A stretch of 64,000 bases of DNA from Phycisphaerae bacterium (GTDB lineage: Bacteria > Planctomycetota > Phycisphaerae > UBA1845 > PWPN01). The stretch lies in the NCBI GenBank assembly GCA_035384605.1, contig DAOOIV010000003.1, positions 31,159-95,158 of the forward strand, given 5' to 3'. Numbering within the stretch: position 1 is the first letter of the stretch; every line of letters starts with the position of its first letter. A program made the position numbers and the translations under genes. Below the pieces are notes generated by a model. That model was not told where the DNA came from, did not search any database, and worked only from the letters and a program-made list of their open reading frames with translations. Positions 9,392-18,976 of the stretch are shown here, piece by piece.

Positions 9392-10039
9392 ATGTACACC
9401 ATCCTCACAAGCAGCCTGCCGCGTATCCTGAGAACCTCATGGTTTCGACAGGCCGTTGCTGGGTACGGCAAGCTCTTGAGCCAGTATGCCGCAACGAATG
9501 CGGCCACTGACCGGGATTTTCAGACGAAATACGCGTCATTCTGGCAAATGCGATGGGTCAGGGGTGATACGGACAACTCGGCATGGCTGCAAACGTATTT
9601 TCAGATTCTGGAAGAGGCAAAAGGGAAACCCGACGTTGACATTGAAGCCGTTGCTCGCCAACTCTATGAGATTCCCGTGCGACGTGGCAAGAAGCAGCTT
9701 CAGTTCTCCTTCGTGACAAAGCTTCGGCACATGAGACAGCCCACGGCCCCGATATACGACGCGAATGTGGAGGCGTTCTTCATGTTGCCGCGGAAGGACC
9801 AGAGCCATCCGGTCGATGAGCGGCTGGCAAATCTGATGATGAATTACGAGTTTCTTGTCAAAGAATACGACCGCGTCATAAGCAATGATCTTTTGCGGGA
9901 AGCGGTTGCCGCCTGTCGTACTGAACTGCCAGCGATGCAGCGGATTACTGACGAGAAAGCGGTCGATTTCATGATCTGGGGTTTCGTGAACGTGGCGCGA
10001 AAGGGGGCCGTGCGAGACCGGACCATCGTGTATAGTTGA
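9392..10039 (+). CDS. hypothetical protein (215 aa), no recognised domain
   Basis: GGAG 6 nt upstream of ATG 9392. Ordinary composition. The opposite-strand ORF 9536..10165 looks like mirror noise. Confidence 0.65.
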   Translation: MYTILTSSLPRILRTSWFRQAVAGYGKLLSQYAATNAATDRDFQTKYASFWQMRWVRGDTDNSAWLQTYFQILEEAKGKPDVDIEAVARQLYEIPVRRGKKQLQFSFVTKLRHMRQPTAPIYDANVEAFFMLPRKDQSHPVDERLANLMMNYEFLVKEYDRVISNDLLREAVAACRTELPAMQRITDEKAVDFMIWGFVNVARKGAVRDRTIVYS

Positions 10040-10277
10040 TCCACGGTCTGCGACATCCCCGAAAGCCTTTCCCGCCCTGTGCCCCTCGCCCTCGCCCCTC
10101 GCTGCGACCCCCGCCCGCTCCCCCTTGCCAAAGGGGGAGGGAGGGCCGACGAGGGCGCGCGCCACGGCGACACGATCCAGTTCCCGCAGTCCGCCGGCAG
10201 ATCAGTCGGTGAACGCCAATCGTATCGCTCCGCCAGGCAGAAGCCGTGTCGTCGCCGGGTCGGCCTCACTGAGCTCG

Positions 10278-10872
10278 GCTCGACATTTCTTCGCTGAGAT
10301 GCGATGCTGGTGTCATGACACGTGACGAGATCTGCTCCAAGTTCATCGAGTCCATCACCTTCGACCTCTATTCCTATCAGGAAGAGGCCCTGATGGCGTG
10401 GTTCGACTCGCCCGGGGGCGTGATGGTCTGCGCCCCGACAGGGATGGGCAAGACGCTCATCGCCGAGGCGGCCGTATTCGAGGCCCTGCACAGCCGTCGG
10501 CGGCTCTTCTATACCACTCCGCTGATCGCCCTGACCGACCAGAAGTTCCGCGAGCTGCAGGATCTGGCGGAAAAATGGGGTTTCGCCCGCGAGGAAATCG
10601 GCCTGATCACCGGTAACCGCAAGGTGAACCCGGACGCTCTGGTCCGCGTGGTGGTGGCCGAGATCCTGCTCAATCACCTCATCTCGCCGGAGCCGGGCCA
10701 ATCGGATATGAGCGAGGTGGCCGCCGTGGTCATGGACGAGTTCCACAGCTTCAACGACCCCGAGCGGGGCATCGTCTGGGAGCTGTCGCTGGCCCTGCTG
10801 CCGCCGCACGTGCGGGTGCTGCTGCTGTCGGCCACGGTCGGCAACCCGTACGAATTCTGCCGCTGGCTGAGG
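10278..10872 (+). repeat. 595-bp direct repeat, copy 2 (start of the intact helicase gene)
   Basis: See copy 1; offset 4145 nt. Confidence 0.95.
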
Positions 10873-12489
10873 GTCGAGCATGGGCGCGAAGTGACTCTGG
10901 TGCAGTCAAACGAGCGCCGTGTGCCACTGGAGTTCATCTGGGTGGGCGACAAGCTGATTACCGAGCTGCTCACCGAAATGGTCAGCGACGACGACAGCAA
11001 GTGCCGCGTGCCCGCCCTGGTCTTCTGCTTCAACCGCGACGAGTGCTGGGAAGTGGCCGAGCGGCTCAAGGGGCTGCCGATCATCAGCAACGCACAGAAA
11101 GTCGAGATTGACGCGGAGCTGGCGGCCCACAAGGACGACCTGGCCGACGGCGTCGGCCCCAAGCTCAAGCAGATGCTCATCCGCGGCGTCGGCGTGCATC
11201 ACGCGGGCGTGCTGCCCAAGCACAAGGAGATCGTTGAATCGCTCTTCCTGCGCAAGCTTGTGCCGTTCGTGGTTTGTACCGAAACACTGGCAGCCGGGAT
11301 CAACCTGCCGGCCAGGTCCGTCGTGATCAGCACGCTGATGAAGGGCAAGCCGGGCGAGAAGAAGCTGATATTCGCGTCGGCGGCCCATCAGATGTTCGGC
11401 CGTGCCGGGCGACCGCAGTTCGACACGCAGGGATATGTCTTCGCCCTGGCCCACGAGGACGACGTCCGGCTGCTCAAGTGGAAGAAAAAGTACGACCAGA
11501 TCCCCGCGACCACCAAGGACCCCGGCCTGCTCAAGGCCAAGAAGGATCTGGAGCGCAAAAAGCCCGTCCGCAGCAAGACCGAGCAGTACTGGACCGAGGG
11601 GCAGTTCAAGACGCTCATCCAGGCCGGCCCAGCCAAGCTGCTCAGCCGCTCGATGATCTCATACAACGTGCTCATCTACATGCTGACCCGCACCGGCACG
11701 CTCAACGAGGTGCGCACCTTCCTCGGCAAGCGGTTCGAGTCCGCCGAGCGTGTGGCCCGCTTCCGCGAGCAACTGGATTTCATGCTCAGCAACCTCGCCG
11801 GCCTGGGCTACATCACCCGCAGCGACAACGGGGAGCACGTAACGCTCAACGACTCGATCCGCAAGCTGCAGGTATTCCGCAGCGTCGATCCGTTGTACGG
11901 GGCATTCCTGGCCGAGCAGCTCAATCACGCCGATGGCCGTGAGAAGATTCTCGCACTGGAGTCGGTGCTTGAGATTCCGCCGACCATTCTGCGCCGCGTG
12001 CGGATCCCGGACGCCCCGCCCGGCCCGCTTCAGACGCAGGTCATCGAGCCGCAACTGATCCAGCAGGGCCTGATGGCGGCCATGCCGCAGGATGCCCCCG
12101 AAGAAGACGACGGCGACGACTACTGGGCCGAGGAACAGGAGCGTCCGCCGACCTTCCCCGAAATGCTCAAGCTGGTCTTCGAGTCGAAGCTGGCCGCGCC
12201 CGAGCCAGTGTACGTCCAGCCCAAGTGGGTGGCCGGCGGCGTGGCCGAGTTCCAGGGCGATTTCTACAAGTTCGTGCACAACCGCGAGCTGATCAAACAG
12301 GAAGGACTGATTCTGCGCCACCTGCTGCGTCTGACGATCCTGGCGAGCGAGTTTTTTGCCCTCACGGAGGATCCCGAGTACCAGTCCATCAGCGACGCCG
12401 CCACCGCCGCCTGCCAGAAGGTCGACCCGCGCTACACAAGCCGCTTCCTTGAACAAGCCGCGGAAACGAGGACACTGACAGCCATATAA
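10315..12489 (+). CDS. SF2 DExH helicase, Ski2/HelY-like
   Basis: Motif [10 protein letters not shown], motif II DEFH, motif III SAT, HHAGVLP, TETLAAGINLPARSV, motif VI QMFGRAGRPQFD. The C-terminal region resembles a DSHCT-type domain. Confidence 0.85.
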   Translation: MTRDEICSKFIESITFDLYSYQEEALMAWFDSPGGVMVCAPTGMGKTLIAEAAVFEALHSRRRLFYTTPLIALTDQKFRELQDLAEKWGFAREEIGLITGNRKVNPDALVRVVVAEILLNHLISPEPGQSDMSEVAAVVMDEFHSFNDPERGIVWELSLALLPPHVRVLLLSATVGNPYEFCRWLRVEHGREVTLVQSNERRVPLEFIWVGDKLITELLTEMVSDDDSKCRVPALVFCFNRDECWEVAERLKGLPIISNAQKVEIDAELAAHKDDLADGVGPKLKQMLIRGVGVHHAGVLPKHKEIVESLFLRKLVPFVVCTETLAAGINLPARSVVISTLMKGKPGEKKLIFASAAHQMFGRAGRPQFDTQGYVFALAHEDDVRLLKWKKKYDQIPATTKDPGLLKAKKDLERKKPVRSKTEQYWTEGQFKTLIQAGPAKLLSRSMISYNVLIYMLTRTGTLNEVRTFLGKRFESAERVARFREQLDFMLSNLAGLGYITRSDNGEHVTLNDSIRKLQVFRSVDPLYGAFLAEQLNHADGREKILALESVLEIPPTILRRVRIPDAPPGPLQTQVIEPQLIQQGLMAAMPQDAPEEDDGDDYWAEEQERPPTFPEMLKLVFESKLAAPEPVYVQPKWVAGGVAEFQGDFYKFVHNRELIKQEGLILRHLLRLTILASEFFALTEDPEYQSISDAATAACQKVDPRYTSRFLEQAAETRTLTAI

Positions 12490-12511
12490 GGTATCATCTC
12501 GGGTGCAAGGG

Positions 12512-13156
12512 ATGATGAGTATGGACCTCGGCGCCTACCGATCTTTGCCAATTCCGCAATGGCTGGACGTGAACTGTCCGAAGTGCGCCTACCCGCTTCG
12601 CGGCCTTCCGGAGCATCGTTGCCCGGAATGCGGCGCTGAGTTCAACATCGACGAACTCGTGACCGACACGACGCCGTTGCGGCCCCCGGAGATCACCGCC
12701 CGGACTCGGCCCGTGCCTCAGCTCGGTCTGGAATGCAACGGGTGCGGCTATCCGCTCAGAGGACTACCGGGCGACCAGTGCCCGGAGTGCGGCCGGGAGT
12801 TCAGTCTCACCGATTACATCCCACCCGAGCCTTGGGGCGAAGTGGCCGTAGGCGCGTCAGCAACCGAGACCATGCTCATCTTCTCGCACCTCCGCTCGTT
12901 GGGCATCCCCTGCATGATCACAGAGGCCAGAGGAACTCTCGGCGCCCGGGGAACCGACGTGTTCCTCGGAGGGGTGAGCAAACAGCTCCGCGTGCGCCGG
13001 GACTACTATCTTGATGCCCTCGCGGCCATCGCCGAGGCAACCGAGAAAACCGGCCGGCCTTGGACGTGTCCAAACTGCTCGGAGGAGGTACCAGGCAACT
13101 TCGAGCTCTGCTGGAAATGCCAACATGGCCGAGGAGATGAGCCGGTGCGAAACTGA
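12512..13156 (+). CDS. double zinc-ribbon protein with DUF2007-like domain and C-terminal zinc ribbon
   Basis: The motif C-x-x-C-x-YPLRGLP-x3-CPECG-x-EF occurs twice, and a C-terminal CPNC..CWKC follows. The start is ambiguous (GTG 12503; ATG 12512, 12515 or 12521). Confidence 0.7.
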   Translation: MMSMDLGAYRSLPIPQWLDVNCPKCAYPLRGLPEHRCPECGAEFNIDELVTDTTPLRPPEITARTRPVPQLGLECNGCGYPLRGLPGDQCPECGREFSLTDYIPPEPWGEVAVGASATETMLIFSHLRSLGIPCMITEARGTLGARGTDVFLGGVSKQLRVRRDYYLDALAAIAEATEKTGRPWTCPNCSEEVPGNFELCWKCQHGRGDEPVRN

Positions 13157-13376
13157 GCCACCTTATCGCGGACGACGTCGTGTTTCCCCGGCCACTGGCC
13201 TGCCGGCGCGGGCTCGTTGACACCATCCGGCCGGTTCGATACGTTATCTCCCTGATTTCGCCGTCCCTGGCCGGGCGGGTGCCGCCCGCGTACCCGGCCG
13301 AGTGGCTCGGCCGGCATTCAGAGAGGTTCAGGCCCGATTCGCTGATCGGCGGATAGGTCGGTTTGGAGCATCGCTC

Positions 13377-14006
13377 ATGGCAGATCTTGAGGGTTTGGCA
13401 ATTTCGCTGATTCGCGGCAAGCAGGATGAGGTGAGGGCCAAGGTCCAAGCGGCCCTTGACGAAGGAGTATCGCCTGTCACCGTGTTGAACGAAGGGCTCG
13501 TCGCCGGCATGTCGGTGGTCGGAGAACGGTTCCGCAAAAACCTGATCTACGTTCCCGAAGTCCTGATCAGCGCCCGGGCAATGCGCGGGGGTATGGAAAT
13601 CCTCAGGCCCAAACTGGCGGCCTCGGGGGCCCAGCCGGCGGGCAAAGTGGTCCTCGGCACCGTCAAGGGCGACCTGCACGACATTGGCAAGAACCTCGTC
13701 GCCATGATGCTCCAGGGCGGCGGGTACGAGGTCATCGATCTGGGCACCGATGTCTCGGCCGAGAAGTTCATCGCCGCGGCCAAAGACAAAGGCGCCGGCC
13801 TCATCGGCATGAGTGCCCTTCTGACCACTACCATGCCTTACATGTCCCAGGTTGTTCAAGCAGCCAAAGCCTCCGGCCTCAAGATCAAGACCATGATCGG
13901 CGGCGCCCCCGTCACCCAGCAGTATGCCAATGAGATCGGCGCCGACGGCTATGCCGCCGACGCTGCCTCCGCCGTCGAACTGGCTCGCAGCCTGTGCGCG
14001 GCCTGA
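13377..14006 (+). CDS. corrinoid (cobalamin-binding) protein, MtbC/MtaC-like B12-binding domain with helical cap
   Basis: GGAG 8 nt upstream of ATG 13377. DxHxxG motif GDLHDIGKN. MSALLTTT and IGGAP motifs of B12-binding Rossmann domains. Confidence 0.8.
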   Translation: MADLEGLAISLIRGKQDEVRAKVQAALDEGVSPVTVLNEGLVAGMSVVGERFRKNLIYVPEVLISARAMRGGMEILRPKLAASGAQPAGKVVLGTVKGDLHDIGKNLVAMMLQGGGYEVIDLGTDVSAEKFIAAAKDKGAGLIGMSALLTTTMPYMSQVVQAAKASGLKIKTMIGGAPVTQQYANEIGADGYAADAASAVELARSLCAA

Positions 14007-14309
14007 GCCAGCCGGGACAGGCGACGTTTCCGGCGCTGCCGGACAAAAGTGCGGTTTTTATAGGACCAACCCCGGTTGCCCCTCTACTGGCGGGCCGTTC
14101 TCTTGCAGTCTTTTCTCCTTCAACCGCAAACGCATTGACCGGATGATCAACCAAGACCATCCGGGAAATCACGTATCAGAACAGGTTCAACCGGGGCAGG
14201 ACTGCTGTATACTGGGGGGTTACGGTCCTGCGCCATGCCCCGTCACGAATCCCAGGGGCACGTCGGCTGGCGGGGCTAAACGCGCATCTTCGATATGGAG
14301 ATCACCTTC

Positions 14310-16430
14310 ATGTACGCAAGACCGTCCCAAATCATTGTTCTGCTTGGCCTGCTTGTACCCCTTTGTCTGGCCGCCCTGTGCGCTGCCCCTGGCAGTGGCT
14401 TCACTTCGGGCGACATGCTCGCTGACACCTCCGACGCCCAAGACGCAAGTCAGGCACTCACAGAGGCGATCAAAGGAGGTGCTTCGACTCAGGAAGCGGT
14501 CGATTCCCTGGTGCATACGCTCAGAGCCAACCCGAGTATCGTGGTCGCCGTGGCCGACGAGGACGGCCGGACCGCCTGGGCCCTCTTTGAATCCGGTCTT
14601 GAATGCGTCTACGAGGTGATCGACGAGGAAGAAACCGAGCTCACGCTGCCTGCGGTCCAGGCGACTGCGGCGTCAAGCCTCGCGTGCGCGGTCGCGCCGG
14701 TCCGACCTCACGGCCTCGCCACCTCGGCAAGAGACTCGCCCTTCTCCATCGCTCAAGCAGGCTGGACGTCGTACAAGCTGCCGGCCAACAACAGGGCCGT
14801 CCTCGCCAATTCACTCTATGTCACGCGGCCCCTACAGGACGTCAGGACGCCAATGAAAACCATGCTCGAAGCGTGCGGCTACGACGTACAAGTCGTCGAC
14901 GCCGACTTGACATTCTTCGAGAACATGAGCCAATACAGCGTGATCTTCATTGAGGCCCACGGCGGCCGGCGGAGCTCCGCTGAGACGACTTGGGACTCGG
15001 CCGCCAATACCTTCTACAACCTCGTCCTGAAGCAGAACCTACCCGCATGCGGCCTGATCGGGGCCGAAGCCGTGCTCCAGACCACCACCGAGGTGACTCA
15101 GGATCTCATCACGCAATACAAGGAAGACTTGGAGTGCGGCCGGCTCAAGATCCGCTTCCCCACCGTCAAACGAAAGGGACTGCCTCCCGTGACCTATCGC
15201 TTCTTCGGTGTCACCCCCAACTTCGTGCGCCGCCATAATACGGGCAAGTTCCCGGATTACGCCCTCTTGTGTCTCAGCGCGTGCCGCTCCTTCACGCCGG
15301 ACGGCAGCCCGTGGGCCGATCTGATGAGCGAGAAGTCTTACGGCTCGGTCACCGTCGGCTGGGACCAGCGTGTCCACTATGGCATTTCGGCGCGAGCCAT
15401 GCTCAATCTGTTTCAGCTCATGACGGGTAGCAACGAGCAGTTCGCGATTGTCCAGACCGACGACTCGGGCGGCATCAAGACCATCTATCCTTTGCTCGAC
15501 AAGTACGACCCGCCGGTGCCTCCCCAGACGGTCGGCAACGCCCTGGACGCCCTGGAGAGGAGAGGCTTCAACCTCGACCCAATTACGACCGCCCGACTGA
15601 CCGCCGGCGGGGATACACTCTACGGCTTCAACCAGCTCATGCTTGCGCCGGCCATTGAAACCTTCGAAACGCGCGGCGACGGTAAGGTCAAAATGGCCGC
15701 CCGCTGCGCGGACAACGCCGAGCTCGAGTTCTCCGGTGGCTCGGTCAATATCGGGACCGCTAACAACGGTGAATGGGAGTTCGCGCTGCCTGGCTTACGC
15801 TATGGCCCCATGTCCCTGGTGATGGAAGGGCGAAGGTGCCCGCCGCGAGATCTCCTTCGATGGAACCCGCTGGTCATCAAGATACACCCGGCTTCCACCA
15901 CCAACGCTTTCGGCACGTGCAACTTCGAGGTCACCTACCGGCTCAGCGCCCGGGCCATCGCCGCCGGAAACCGCGAGGGGTGGTCCGTCTGGGACCCGCC
16001 CGACTCCGCGTTCAGCGCCAACTGGGATCCGGACGGTTCGGTGGTAACCTGGTCAATCAGCGGCAATGCCAGCGACCCGGACCCCATGTTCGGCACGTCG
16101 CAGTGCACGTGGTCGGGCGGCAACACACGGGCCTTCAACGAGATCTCCATCTCACCAGGCGACACCGGTGGGCTGGATTCGATGGACGGAAAGACCGCCT
16201 GGTTGACCGTCGAGCCGCCATTCGACCTTGAGTACACGGCTTCCTGTTCCGGTGCGTTCGCGCCTGATTATGCGTGCGGCATCTATGGCTCGATCTGGAT
16301 TCAAGTCGATTTGGGGGCCGATTGGACCATCCTGCCCGGCTCGACCACCGACCTCTTGGGAATGAATGTGATCGAGTGGCAGGCCTGCACCCCGACCCCG
16401 GACTTCGACAGTGCTCGCCTGCCGCGCTGA
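14310..16430 (+). CDS. secreted protein of unknown function; possible clan CD-like cysteine peptidase core
   Basis: GGAGA 8 nt upstream of ATG 14310. Signal peptide IIVLLGLLVPLCLAALCAAPG. VIFIEAHGG and ALLCLSACRS resemble the His-Gly and Ala-Cys strands of caspase-fold peptidases; that part is inference only. Confidence 0.7.
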   Translation: MYARPSQIIVLLGLLVPLCLAALCAAPGSGFTSGDMLADTSDAQDASQALTEAIKGGASTQEAVDSLVHTLRANPSIVVAVADEDGRTAWALFESGLECVYEVIDEEETELTLPAVQATAASSLACAVAPVRPHGLATSARDSPFSIAQAGWTSYKLPANNRAVLANSLYVTRPLQDVRTPMKTMLEACGYDVQVVDADLTFFENMSQYSVIFIEAHGGRRSSAETTWDSAANTFYNLVLKQNLPACGLIGAEAVLQTTTEVTQDLITQYKEDLECGRLKIRFPTVKRKGLPPVTYRFFGVTPNFVRRHNTGKFPDYALLCLSACRSFTPDGSPWADLMSEKSYGSVTVGWDQRVHYGISARAMLNLFQLMTGSNEQFAIVQTDDSGGIKTIYPLLDKYDPPVPPQTVGNALDALERRGFNLDPITTARLTAGGDTLYGFNQLMLAPAIETFETRGDGKVKMAARCADNAELEFSGGSVNIGTANNGEWEFALPGLRYGPMSLVMEGRRCPPRDLLRWNPLVIKIHPASTTNAFGTCNFEVTYRLSARAIAAGNREGWSVWDPPDSAFSANWDPDGSVVTWSISGNASDPDPMFGTSQCTWSGGNTRAFNEISISPGDTGGLDSMDGKTAWLTVEPPFDLEYTASCSGAFAPDYACGIYGSIWIQVDLGADWTILPGSTTDLLGMNVIEWQACTPTPDFDSARLPR

Positions 16431-16607
16431 TTCCCTTCCACATGGGTGAAAACCGGCGGCACCACATCGTAGGGCAACATCGAGGTCGCCGCAGCGACCG
16501 AGACCTGCCGTATGGTCTTTATCAATATCAACCAGAGCCTGTTATGATGGTGCGAGGGGAGAATAGTACCCCAACACACACGATGGTTCGACACGAGGTG
16601 ACCGCCT

Positions 16608-17672
16608 TTGGCCGAGTTGCACGATGACAACGACGACGACGTGATTCTCAATCCCGAACTGGCCGACCGACCGCTGGATGTGGACAGCGAGGAGGCTCAA
16701 GCGGTCACCATCTACATCCGGCGGCGGCTCCCCGGACGAAGGCTGGACAAATATCTCCACGGCCGGTTCCAGCGGATGTCGCGAACGACCATCCAGCGTC
16801 TGATCAAACAGGGCGTCATCACCGTCAACCGCAAACCGACCAAGGCCAGCTATGAACCCGAGGCCGGCGACCGGATCGATCTGGTCATCCCCCCGCCCGA
16901 GCCCTATGAAATCATCCCCGAGCCGATACCACTGGACATCATCTACGAAGACGAGGTCATGCTGGCGATCAACAAGCCCAAGGGAATCATCGTTCACCCC
17001 TCCTGTGGTACGCAGACCGGCACCATCGCCAACGGACTGGCCTACTATGCCAGGCAACTCAGCCACGGCGACGACCCCTTCCGTCCCGGCATCGTTCATC
17101 GACTGGACAAGAACACCACCGGCATCATGCTCGTGGCCAAGACCGACGAAGCTCATTGGCGGCTGGCCATTCAGTTTGAGCGACGCCTCGTCCGCAAAAC
17201 CTATCTCGGCGTGGTCGAGGGCAACCCCGAACTGGACAGCGACGTCATCAATGCTCCCCTCGCCGCCCACAACGTCATCAAGGACCGGTATATCATCCCA
17301 CCCTCCCATCACCGTTGGCGATCCAGGCTGCTCAAGGAGGCCGTCACCGAGTACGAAATCGTCGAACGGTTCAGGGGCTATGCGCTGGCCCATCTGCATC
17401 CGAGGACCGGCCGCACGCACCAGTTGCGCGTCCACATGTCCTACATCGGCCACCCGATGGCTGGCGACACCTTCTACGGCGGGCACCACGTGTCCGAACT
17501 CAGCCTCACCGGCCAGGGCAGCGACGAGCCCATCACCAGCCAGCAGGCACTGCACGCCTACCGCATTCGCTTCAAGCACCCGATCTCCGAGGCTCAGATG
17601 GAGCTGGAAGCGCCGCCGCCACCCGAGTTGGCCAAGCTGATCCAAATCCTGCGAGAACATCGTCGCTTGTAG
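16608..17672 (+). CDS. rluD: RluA/RluD-family 23S rRNA pseudouridine synthase with S4 domain
   Basis: Catalytic motif HRLDKNTTGIMLVAK. N-terminal S4-like RLDKYL...SRTTIQRLIKQGVITVN. TTG start 8 nt after GAGGTG. Confidence 0.85.
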   Translation: MAELHDDNDDDVILNPELADRPLDVDSEEAQAVTIYIRRRLPGRRLDKYLHGRFQRMSRTTIQRLIKQGVITVNRKPTKASYEPEAGDRIDLVIPPPEPYEIIPEPIPLDIIYEDEVMLAINKPKGIIVHPSCGTQTGTIANGLAYYARQLSHGDDPFRPGIVHRLDKNTTGIMLVAKTDEAHWRLAIQFERRLVRKTYLGVVEGNPELDSDVINAPLAAHNVIKDRYIIPPSHHRWRSRLLKEAVTEYEIVERFRGYALAHLHPRTGRTHQLRVHMSYIGHPMAGDTFYGGHHVSELSLTGQGSDEPITSQQALHAYRIRFKHPISEAQMELEAPPPPELAKLIQILREHRRL

Positions 17673-17891
17673 CACCCGGTTGCGACACCAAACCGCCTTG
17701 TGTGCCAGGGATACACGGACCGCCGGCAGGCCCGATAATCTGGAATGCCGGGCCCCCTTCATGTATCCTCACGGTCGTGAATCTCCGGCGCTGCCGGCAG
17801 GAACAGCCTTGCGCGGATGGAAGCGGCGCCGTTATATTCCAGCTTGACCGGGTGAGACGAGTGTTCAACCTTCGATGTGGAGGACAAGTCG

Positions 17892-18773
17892 ATGACCAAG
17901 AATCTGATGGCGGCAACATTGCTGGCCGCGGCGGCGGCAGTGACCGGCTGCTCGGAGATCAGAATGGGTGAACCAGAATGTGACAAAAGAATGCCCCACT
18001 GGCGGCTGGCGATGATGAGCTACACCTTCCGACAGTTCACCGTCTTCGAGGCCGTCGACAAGACCAAGGCGCTGGGTCTCGAGTATCTCGAGGAGTTTTC
18101 GTGGCACAAGATCGGCGGGCCGTGCGGCGATGCAAAGTTCGACGAAACCGCTCCTCCCGAGGCTCGCCAAGCTCTCAAGAACAAGCTCAACGAGACGGGC
18201 GTCAAGGTCGTGGGCTGCTACGTCCAGGTGATCGGCAAGGATGAGGCCGCAACCCGACGGACCTTCGAATTCTGCAAGGACCTGGGCATTGAGTACATCG
18301 TCTGCGAGCCGGACCCCGGGGACTTGGCTCTGGTTGACAAGCTGGCTGGCCAGTACAAGGTTTACGTCGCCATTCACAACCATTGGAGGGACGTCAACAA
18401 GCCCGAATACCGGAACTGGAACCCCGACGAGGTGCTCAAGATGGTCCAGAACCGCAGCAAGTGGATCGGGCTCTGCGCCGACACCGGCCATTGGGCCCGC
18501 TCGGGACTCGACACCGTCGAGGCCGTCCGCAAATGCAGGGGGCGAATCGTCTCCTTGCACCTCAAGGATATCGAGAAACCCGATCCCAAGGCCCACGACG
18601 TGGTCTGGGGGACCGGCGTCGCCAATCTCAGCGGCGTCCTGGCCGAACTGGCCCACCAGAAGTTCCGCGGCGTCTTCTCCATCGAGTACGAGACCAACCC
18701 GGCCGACAACATCGCCGAAGTCGCCCAGTGCATCAAGTTCTTCAATCAGGTGTCAAACGAACTGGCGAGGTAA
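17892..18773 (+). CDS. xylose-isomerase-like TIM-barrel protein (sugar phosphate isomerase/epimerase family), lipoprotein signal
   Basis: GGAGG 8 nt upstream of ATG 17892. Lipobox AAAAVTGC. Family-typical AIHNH, GLCADTGHW and HLKD segments. Confidence 0.75.
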   Translation: MTKNLMAATLLAAAAAVTGCSEIRMGEPECDKRMPHWRLAMMSYTFRQFTVFEAVDKTKALGLEYLEEFSWHKIGGPCGDAKFDETAPPEARQALKNKLNETGVKVVGCYVQVIGKDEAATRRTFEFCKDLGIEYIVCEPDPGDLALVDKLAGQYKVYVAIHNHWRDVNKPEYRNWNPDEVLKMVQNRSKWIGLCADTGHWARSGLDTVEAVRKCRGRIVSLHLKDIEKPDPKAHDVVWGTGVANLSGVLAELAHQKFRGVFSIEYETNPADNIAEVAQCIKFFNQVSNELAR

Positions 18774-18976
18774 CCAAACAGGCGCGTTGACGGCTGGGAA
18801 GGGGGAGATGGTCCGAAAAACGCGGCAAGGATAGACCAGACAGGAGCCAACGGAGACGACAAAGGGCCGGCCGACTCCGTTTGCTGAGGGTCTCTCCGTC
18901 TCCATTCCGGGAGCCGGACAACAAGGGCAAACCATCTGAAGCTGATCGCCGAAAGCTGACAGCTAATAGCTTCTTC

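Larger units (their letters stand above)
6728..10277. other. lower-GC inserted segment (cargo) bracketed by the 595-bp direct repeats
   Basis: Hand counts of single 60-nt lines give ~52-55% G+C inside, against ~70% in the adjacent helicase sequence. It contains two ORFs of unknown function and no recognisable mobility gene. Confidence 0.5.

Noticed and set aside
9536-10165. 209-aa minus-strand ORF opposite the 215-aa cargo gene
   Set aside because: Its composition (His/Arg/Gly/Pro runs) and missing RBS favour the + strand ORF, which has GGAG-N6-ATG.
11731-11742. tRNA T-arm-like ggttcgagtcc (and ggttcgatcc near 51566)
   Set aside because: Both lie inside well-supported CDSs, and no acceptor or anticodon stems can be drawn around them. 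I found no tRNA genes in the intergenic regions by eye.
13157-13376. Cobalamin riboswitch upstream of the corrinoid-protein gene (contains gccactgg)
   Set aside because: Only the 7-nt B12-box-like string matches. The GGUG..AA.UCC and AGGGAA elements and the downstream AGCCAG-type element are not evident.
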